From contig OY759316.1 of assembly GCA_963662275.1 (NCBI GenBank), positions 192,001-256,000 on the forward strand: 64,000 bases of DNA, written 5' to 3'. The notes under the pieces are model-generated. The model saw nothing but the letters and a program-made list of their open reading frames with translations, was not told the origin of the DNA and did no database searches. Both the position numbers and the translations under genes were made by a program. Shown here piece by piece: positions 18,168 through 25,800 of the stretch (its first letter is position 1; the number at the start of each line of letters is the position of its first letter). Source of the DNA: Candidatus Cloacimonadales bacterium (GTDB taxonomy: Bacteria; Cloacimonadota; Cloacimonadia; Cloacimonadales; DAONDQ01).

Positions 18168-20672
18168 ATGAAAGAAGGTTTCTTATTCAGAAACGAGCAA
18201 TCTATTTTTTTTACAGATAGCATAAGCAACTGTGAAGATGTACTTCATAATTCAATTCTTGAACACCTGGAATATACGTTAGGCAAAGATAGAACAACGA
18301 CAAGGTACTGGGATGTATACCAGGCGTTGGCGTTAGCACTCAGAGACAGGCTCACGGAAAAGTGGTTGCGCACCCAGTATGAATACCGTAAGCGAGATGT
18401 AAAAAAATTATATTATTTATCCATGGAGTTTCTTGTTGGTCGTTTACTTGGTAATACCCTGATCAACTTGGACATCTACGAAGATTGCCGTAAAGTGCTT
18501 AAGGAAGTGGGATTCAATCTTGATGATATCGCTGAACTTGAACCGGATATGGGACTGGGGAATGGTGGTTTGGGAAGATTAGCAGCTTGTTTCATGGATT
18601 CACTTGCGACCCAGGAATATCCGGCTTATGGATATGGTATTCGTTATGAGTTCGGTATTTTCAAACAATGTATTCAGCAAGGATACCAGGTGGAAGAACC
18701 GGATAATTGGTTGAAAGGTGGTAACCCCTGGGAAATATGCAGACCATCAATCAATTATCGGGTACGTTTTGCAGGGAAAGTTGAAAAATATGAACAATCC
18801 GATGGAAGGACAGTTTATCATTGGGTAGATACAAGTGATGTTATGGCTGTTGCCTGGGATACACCTATACCGGGATATCAGACAAATACTGTCAATAATC
18901 TGCGTCTTTGGCAGGCAAAAGCCACCGATGAATTTGACTTTGATTATTTTAATCATGGTGATTATGTAAAAGCTGTTGAACGCAAGAATATCTCAGAGAA
19001 TATATCAAAAGTTCTTTATCCTAATGATAATCTTCATTTGGGCAAGATTCTCCGTCTTCAACAGGAGTACTTCTTTGTTTCTGCTACATTACAGGATATC
19101 TTCCATCATTATAAACGAGATCATGATTCCTTTAAGGAATTTCCTGAAAAGATAGCTGTTCAGTTGAATGATACACATCCTGCAATCGCTATTCCTGAAA
19201 TGATGCGAATACTAATGGATGAAGAACGTCTTAATTGGGAAGAAGCTTGGGATATCACTCAAAAAACCTTTGGTTATACAAATCATACGGTCATGCCTGA
19301 GGCTTTGGAAAAGTGGTCAGTGGCAATTTTTGAACAGATGCTTCCTCGGCATTTACTCATCATCTTCGAAATCAATAATCGTTTATTGAGTGAGGTTTCC
19401 AGTCTCTATCCCGGGAACCTGATTAAATTGAAGAACATGTCAATTATTGAAGAAGGCAAAGAGCAATTTGTACGTATGGCACAATTGTCTGTATTGGGTA
19501 GCCATTCCGTGAATGGTGTGGCTGAAATTCATACAGATATCATTAAAACACGTATTTTTCCTGATTACTTTGAACTATATCCTCAGAAATTCAATAACAA
19601 GACAAATGGTATTACCCAACGCTTATGGCTCAAGGAATGCAATCCATGGCTTGCAAAATTGATTACGAAAACCATCGGGGATAGATGGGCAATTGATTTA
19701 TACGAAATGAAGAAACTTGAATCTTGGGCTGATGATCCAGCTTTTCGTGCAAAATTCACGGAAGAAAAATGGAAAAATAAACAAGCATTGGCACGTTTTA
19801 TCCACAAGGAAAATGGAGTTCGGGTGAATCCTGCTTCGATGTTTGATGTGCATGTGAAACGTCTTCATGAATATAAACGTCAGCTTCTTAACTTATTACA
19901 TGTAATAACGTTGTATAACAGGATCAAAGCCGATCCCACCATTGATATTGTTCCCCGGACTGTGATCTTTGCCGGAAAAGCAGCGCCTGGGTATTTCGTG
20001 GCAAAATTAATTATCAAATTGATAAATTCCGTTTCAGATATTGTTAATTCAGACCCAGATGTTGGTGATAAACTCAAAGTGGTATTCTTGAAGAATTACT
20101 GTGTATCTCTTGCGGAACGGATTATTCCGGCAGCCGACCTCTCAGAACAGATATCAACCGCAGGTTATGAAGCTTCCGGAACTGGTAACATGAAGTTTGC
20201 TCTCAATGGAGCATTGACAATAGGCACTTTGGATGGTGCGAATGTCGAAATGATGGAGGAGTTTGGAGAAGAAAATATCTTCATATTTGGTCTAAAGGCA
20301 AACGAAGTGGTTGCTTTAAAAGAACATGGTTACCATCCCAACGATTACTATCATGGCAACATGGAATTGAAGAAAGCTCTGGATATGATTCAGTACAATT
20401 ACTTCTCCGTTAAGGAACCTGGTATCTTCAAACCGATCATTGATTCCCTGTTAAAACATGGAGATCATTTCCTATTGCTTGCTGATTATGCTTCTTACAT
20501 AGAAACGCAGGAAAGAGTCAGCAATGAGTTCCGCGATACTTCTAATTGGATGCGTAAAGCAATCCTGAATGTTGCCAGGATTGGTAAGTTCTCCAGTGAT
20601 CGAGCAATCAAAGAATATGCTGATGAAATCTGGCATATCAAACCTCGTGAAATCCAGATGAATAAAAACTGA
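18168..20672 (+). CDS. glgP: Glycogen/starch/alpha-glucan phosphorylase
   Basis: YYLSMEFL, GLGNGGLGRLAACF, QLNDTHP, KRLHEYKRQ, PLP-lysine motif EASGTGNMK. Confidence 0.97.
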   Translation: MKEGFLFRNEQSIFFTDSISNCEDVLHNSILEHLEYTLGKDRTTTRYWDVYQALALALRDRLTEKWLRTQYEYRKRDVKKLYYLSMEFLVGRLLGNTLINLDIYEDCRKVLKEVGFNLDDIAELEPDMGLGNGGLGRLAACFMDSLATQEYPAYGYGIRYEFGIFKQCIQQGYQVEEPDNWLKGGNPWEICRPSINYRVRFAGKVEKYEQSDGRTVYHWVDTSDVMAVAWDTPIPGYQTNTVNNLRLWQAKATDEFDFDYFNHGDYVKAVERKNISENISKVLYPNDNLHLGKILRLQQEYFFVSATLQDIFHHYKRDHDSFKEFPEKIAVQLNDTHPAIAIPEMMRILMDEERLNWEEAWDITQKTFGYTNHTVMPEALEKWSVAIFEQMLPRHLLIIFEINNRLLSEVSSLYPGNLIKLKNMSIIEEGKEQFVRMAQLSVLGSHSVNGVAEIHTDIIKTRIFPDYFELYPQKFNNKTNGITQRLWLKECNPWLAKLITKTIGDRWAIDLYEMKKLESWADDPAFRAKFTEEKWKNKQALARFIHKENGVRVNPASMFDVHVKRLHEYKRQLLNLLHVITLYNRIKADPTIDIVPRTVIFAGKAAPGYFVAKLIIKLINSVSDIVNSDPDVGDKLKVVFLKNYCVSLAERIIPAADLSEQISTAGYEASGTGNMKFALNGALTIGTLDGANVEMMEEFGEENIFIFGLKANEVVALKEHGYHPNDYYHGNMELKKALDMIQYNYFSVKEPGIFKPIIDSLLKHGDHFLLLADYASYIETQERVSNEFRDTSNWMRKAILNVARIGKFSSDRAIKEYADEIWHIKPREIQMNKN

Positions 20673-20694
20673 AAAAACTACCAGATTATGGGAC

Positions 20695-20840
20695 TCCCCC
20701 CACTTTTGTAAAGAGGGGGATTAAGGGGGCGTTAGTTCTGCTCTGCATTCGCACTTCATCCTTCACACTTCGAAATGGGGAATTAGTTCTGCTCTTTACT
20801 AGTCTCTAGCTTCTTCTGCATAAGGGAGAGTTAGTTCTCC
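20695..20840. repeat. Degenerate repeat cluster: C-run/G-run hairpin, three TTAGTTCT units, heptamer-periodic tract
   Basis: TCCCCCCACTTTTGTAAAGAGGGGGATTAAGG resembles the 49492 array unit; TTAGTTCT three times; CATTCGC/ACTTCAT/CCTTCAC/ACTTCG. Confidence 0.55.
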
Positions 20841-20871
20841 TTCAACAATTTAAGAAAGTATAAATTTTGAG

Positions 20872-22732
20872 GAGACTGTTCATGAAGTTATTCATAATAT
20901 TCAATAAGTTAGAAAGTAGCAAGTTGAAAAAAGTGGTCGAAACGGTCATAATTTAACATACCTTCCAGAATTGACAGATAAGCTCTGCTAAGGACACCAA
21001 ATCACAAGTTAAGCTTTTTGACTAAAATTGAAAAACACGCGATTATAAGTAATGTTTCGAAGCCGTTTCTGACTAAATGTGTAGTTAAAATCATATAAAA
21101 TAGTTCTTTACAAGTTTTTTGCTATAGCTTCAATGGCATTTGTTACCTGGTAACAAAAGGGAGGATATTATGACAAAAAAACACTCCAATTCAAGAAGCG
21201 GTAAGTGTTAGTCATGAAAGTAACCAATACCATGTAAGTATTAACGTACCATTTTCATTCACTTTGCCTGAGACAACATCAAACCACAAGTTCTTAATAG
21301 CGTTTCTACGCTTATTAGTAGGAATAGGCGGAGACAACCTCCTTACACTTCAGCAAATAGCTGATCTGTTTAACTACGCAGACCGCAGGAATGTACATAA
21401 TTTCTGGCAAGAGTTTGAGCAGCATGGTCATGATATCCTGGCATATTTAAGCCGGAAAGTTGACCTGCTGGAGTGTATTCCTCAGATCGAGAATTTTGTT
21501 ATCAATAACCTGCTTTTACCTTTAAATGTCATGTATCAGGAGTTCATCAGCCATCATGATTTTAAAATGTCCTATACCACTTTCTGCAAATATGCTTCTC
21601 AGGTCAATTCTCTGTCTGTAGTTAAGCAAGCTCAGAAGCTTCTTCTGAAAAAGACAGTAGGCGGTGATGCTGTACATCTGCTGAAACTGCTTGCCGGTCA
21701 GCAGAATACACCTGTTATCTGTGACAGACTCCTGGAACAAATGAAGACTGCTAAAGGCAATACATCCCATAGAACCGCCGATGCAAAGCCGTTCCATAGT
21801 CTGGAACGCAAGAACCTGTGTCTGCTGGTACATTACCTGGTTGGAAGCGGTATGAACTTCGAGACGATAGCTTTGCTGCTCAACACCTGTAAAGCTACAG
21901 TCTCAAATCTCTGGCATGAAATCGCTGACCTGCAGAGCCTGATTCTGAACTCAATCGGTAAGTGGAGCGGAAAGATCAGCATTGATGAGAAATATGTGAA
22001 GATCAAAGGTATTCCGTACTATGTCATCAGTATTGTTGATTTTGTGACTCACATCCCTCTGTTTTGTGAGTTGTATCCTGACACAAAGAAAGAATCATTC
22101 GAAGCATGTTTCAGAACCTTCAGACAGCTCTACAGGAAAGATCCAACCCTGATTGTCAGTGATGGCAGTAAATCGTTAGCAGTTGCAAGAAAAACAGTGT
22201 TTCCAAAAGTCCATTACCAACTCTGTAAGTTCCATAAGATACGAAATCTCTTCAAAAGAATCAGTCAATGTCATCTCCCTGAAGACAGGGACAAGTTCTT
22301 TAAGAAGAGGATTATGAAAGCTTTCCGAAGAGAAACGGCGGGCGGAAGGAAAAAGGGTATCGCAAGCCTGACAGCTATTACTCCCCCAACCGCCGCCGAA
22401 TACATCAAAAGCAATATCATTAGTGATTGGAGACACCTCAGCAAAGGTTTGACTTCCAATGTCTCTGAACGCTGGAACCGCAAAATCAAGAAGGTGACAT
22501 CCGGTAGATTTGGACTAAAATCTGAAGAAACCACCCGCAACCTTGTGTTTTCGCTTTGGTTCAAAGAACTGGTCGATAAAGGTCAACCAATCATGCGTCA
22601 GGAATCACTTTTAGCAAGTTTAAATATCTCCCGCATATGTCAAGAAAATGTGGATTGGTCGCACTTAGACCACTTTTTCTCTGTCACTACCAATAAGGCT
22701 GCGTAAAATGGAGGTTAATTTTGAACAGTCTC
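20872..22732 (+). mobile_element. Mutator-type (IS256/ISH6-like) insertion sequence, copy 1 (1861 bp)
   Basis: Perfect 11-bp TIR GAGACTGTTCA; 8-bp TSD ATTTTGAG at 20864-20871 and 22733-22740. Confidence 0.92.
21264..22706 (+). CDS. DDE transposase with Mutator/IS256-like CxxH motif; true start may be ATG 21170 via frameshift
   Basis: SIDEKYVKIKG, IVSDGS, QLCKFHKIRN (CxxH), TSNVSERWN; two HTH-like segments in the N-terminal half. Confidence 0.88.
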   Translation: MPETTSNHKFLIAFLRLLVGIGGDNLLTLQQIADLFNYADRRNVHNFWQEFEQHGHDILAYLSRKVDLLECIPQIENFVINNLLLPLNVMYQEFISHHDFKMSYTTFCKYASQVNSLSVVKQAQKLLLKKTVGGDAVHLLKLLAGQQNTPVICDRLLEQMKTAKGNTSHRTADAKPFHSLERKNLCLLVHYLVGSGMNFETIALLLNTCKATVSNLWHEIADLQSLILNSIGKWSGKISIDEKYVKIKGIPYYVISIVDFVTHIPLFCELYPDTKKESFEACFRTFRQLYRKDPTLIVSDGSKSLAVARKTVFPKVHYQLCKFHKIRNLFKRISQCHLPEDRDKFFKKRIMKAFRRETAGGRKKGIASLTAITPPTAAEYIKSNIISDWRHLSKGLTSNVSERWNRKIKKVTSGRFGLKSEETTRNLVFSLWFKELVDKGQPIMRQESLLASLNISRICQENVDWSHLDHFFSVTTNKAA

Positions 22733-22765
22733 ATTTTGAGATTATGAAGTAAAAAACAAATAATA

Positions 22766-22772
22766 CTTGACT
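22766..22772 (+). promoter_or_regulatory. -35-like box CTTGACT upstream of the FG-GAP protein gene
   Basis: About 90 bp before ATG 22861, preceded by an A-tract; TTGACT starts 26 bp after the IS TSD. Confidence 0.5.
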
Positions 22773-22860
22773 CGCTAAGTTGCTCAATCACAGGATAATA
22801 ATATTATCCGAAATTTCTTGTATTTCTTCATGAATTGCATAGAATTATAAGGAGAACGAG

Positions 22861-25800
22861 ATGTATTTAGCCAAAAAATTAGGTACTTTTCTGCTTAAAC
22901 AACTTAAATTAACTTTATTATGTGTTTCAATCCTATGTATCCCATTGAGTCTAGTCGCCCAGTTCACTCATATCGATGCTGGATTAACTGGTGTTGAAAG
23001 TGGTGCAGTAGCTTGGGGTGACTACGATAATGACGGAGACTTAGATATTTTGCTAACTGGGGCAATTAATAGTACTGGAAATTGTATTTCCAAAATTTAT
23101 TGCAATAATGGAAATTCTACTTTTACTAGCTTAAACGCGGGACTAACTAATGTTGATTTAAGCGCTGTTGCATGGGGAGACTTAGATAATGATGGTGATT
23201 TAGATATTATTTTAACGGGGAATACAAGTTCAAGTAGTGTTACAAGAATCACTAAAATTTATCGTAACAACGGAAATTCTACATTCACTAGCATAACTAC
23301 AGGACTTATTAGCATATATTGTGGCTCTGTCGCCTGTGGAGATTATGATAATGACGGTGACCTTGATATTCTGTTATCCGGGGGCGCAAGCACAGGATAT
23401 ATTTCTCGAATTTATCGCAATGACGGAAATTTTATCTTCACAGACATTAATGCGGGTCTGCCCGGTGTTAGTGGTTCTGTTGCCTGGGGTGACTATGATA
23501 ACGACGGGGATCTGGATATTCTATTGACAGGATCGTCTAATCTTGGTAATATTTCACGAATCTATCGCAACGATGGTAATTCTACTTTCACCGACATCAT
23601 CGCAGGATTACCTGGCGTTTATGCTAGCTCTGTAGCCTGGGGTGACTACGATAACGATGGGGATATTGATATCCTTTTAACAGGATCCACTGGTAATGAG
23701 TTCATTTCGAAAATCTACCACAATAATGGGAATTCTACATTCTCTGCTATCAACGCCGGATTAACTGGCATTATATCTGGCTCTGCAGCTTGGGGAGACT
23801 ACGATAATGATGGGGATTTAGATGTTCTATTGTCAGGATATTCTTCTAGCAGAATTTCCAGAATCTATCGCAACGATGGTAACTCAGTTTTCACTAACAT
23901 TAGTGCGGGACTTATTGGCGTTGATGGTTGCTCAGTAGCCTGGGGTGATTATGATAATGACAAAGACTTAGATTTTCTTTTATCTGGTAATTGGAGCGGA
24001 GATTATATTTCCTATATCTATCGCAACAATATCAATTCTCTTAATAGTGTCCCATCAGCGCCTTCGAATCTTAGAAAATCCGTTATTGGAACTAACTTAA
24101 TACTGCAATGGAATGCATCGAGCGATATACAAACACCTTCAGCAGGTTTGAATTATGTGCTCAGAATTGGTACTGCCTCTGGAAGTTACAACATAAGTTC
24201 ACCTATGGCAAATCTGACAACCGGTTATAGAAGAATACCTATAATTGGTTATGCTAATTCGATTTGTAAATGGAAAATTGATAGAAATTCACTCATTCAA
24301 GGAACGACATATTATTGGAGTGTACAAGCCATAGATACCGCACTTGGGGGGTCTTCATTTTCAGCAGAAGCAACATTTAATGGAAATATGGTTTATTATT
24401 CAATTTCGGGCAATATCCTTGATTATCAAAATGTTGGGATAGAGGGTGTTATTATCACTGCTTCAGATGTTGGTAGTTGTCAATCTCAATCCGACGGTTC
24501 TTTTCAAATTAGTGTTCCCGAGAACTGGAACGGTATTTGTAGTGCCAGTAAAACTGGTTGGGTTTTCAGCCCGTCTTCAAAATCTTACTCGAATGTATGT
24601 GCTACTACAACCGATCAGAACTTCAGAGGTAAATTAGCTCCTCCAATATTTTCGGTAGCAGGGGGAAATTATTCTACGGCTCAAAGTATCACTCTATCAT
24701 CATTAGCTCAAGGAATCATCAAATATAAATATTCATTATTATACATAACTCCCACGTATTATTCAGGTACAAATTTCTGGTTTCCTATTAATATATCCCA
24801 TAATTCGACAATTCAAGCGATTGCATATATAGAAGGACAGCCTGGGACGGTATCTGACAAAGCAACTGCCAGTTATAATATTGGAACAGGACAAAATGAT
24901 CCTCTGAATCTAACCGTAATTGATTCCCGGAATCAAGCTTATTCTGTCGAATTAACAATCGACAAACCTGGTCTCTATTTGAATTCACATATTAATAAAG
25001 ACATTGGCAGCAGTGGTAAAGTTTCTTTCATAATAGATGATTTTACAAATCAATCTCATTTCGATTCAAGTAATTTAACCAGAATTTCGATTCTAAATGA
25101 AGCAGGCATTGAAATCGGACACATGAAAATAAACGATCTTCCAATCAGCAAGATAGTAACAAGTACAATAAATGCAATCATCGTTGTACATAGTGAACAT
25201 ACACCTTTTGATTCACCAACAGGCTACCCTTGGCAATACTATGCTTATAACGAACGCATGGTTTCCATGATCATCAAACCACCGGTTATCCGCAATAGTA
25301 AAGTTCCTTTACTGCTTGTGCATGGCATTGGCGATTCCTACCCACATTTTGGAGAAAACTGGCTCTCCCAGTTGCAAACAGCCAAAGATTTTGATATCTG
25401 GCAATTTTACTATCCCTACGACCAACAGATAGAACTATCTGCCGGACTGCTTCGCGACGCCCTGGCTCGAATTCAAGTCAACAACTATACACTAAACAAT
25501 GGTCGCATCAATATCCTGGCTTATAGCATGGGTGGACTAGTTACACGAACTTACATACAAAGTCCTAATTATCAAAACAACATTAATAAATTACTTATGC
25601 TGGGAACTCCTAATCACGGTTCCCATTCGACTTATCGATTGAACAAAACCGGATATCCATTAACAGAAATCGCTAATGATTTTTTAATACACCAGGATCA
25701 AAACTCTCCTGCTGTAAAAGAAATGGTTCCTAATTCTTATTTCATTAATGGGCTGAATGCTTCTCCACCCCGTCCTTTGTTTCCTGGAGCTAATAATCAA

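Noticed and set aside
19798..19806. DnaA box TTATCCACA suggesting oriC
   Set aside because: Single copy inside glgP; no cluster and no dnaA nearby.
20908..20948. Resemblance to the SpCas9 sgRNA/tracrRNA scaffold (TAGAAAGTAGCAAGTTGAAAAAAGTGG) in the IS leader
   Set aside because: Only short A-rich words match; the nexus and pairing arms are absent, the sgRNA GAAA loop is an engineered feature, and no Cas9/IscB/TnpB gene is present.
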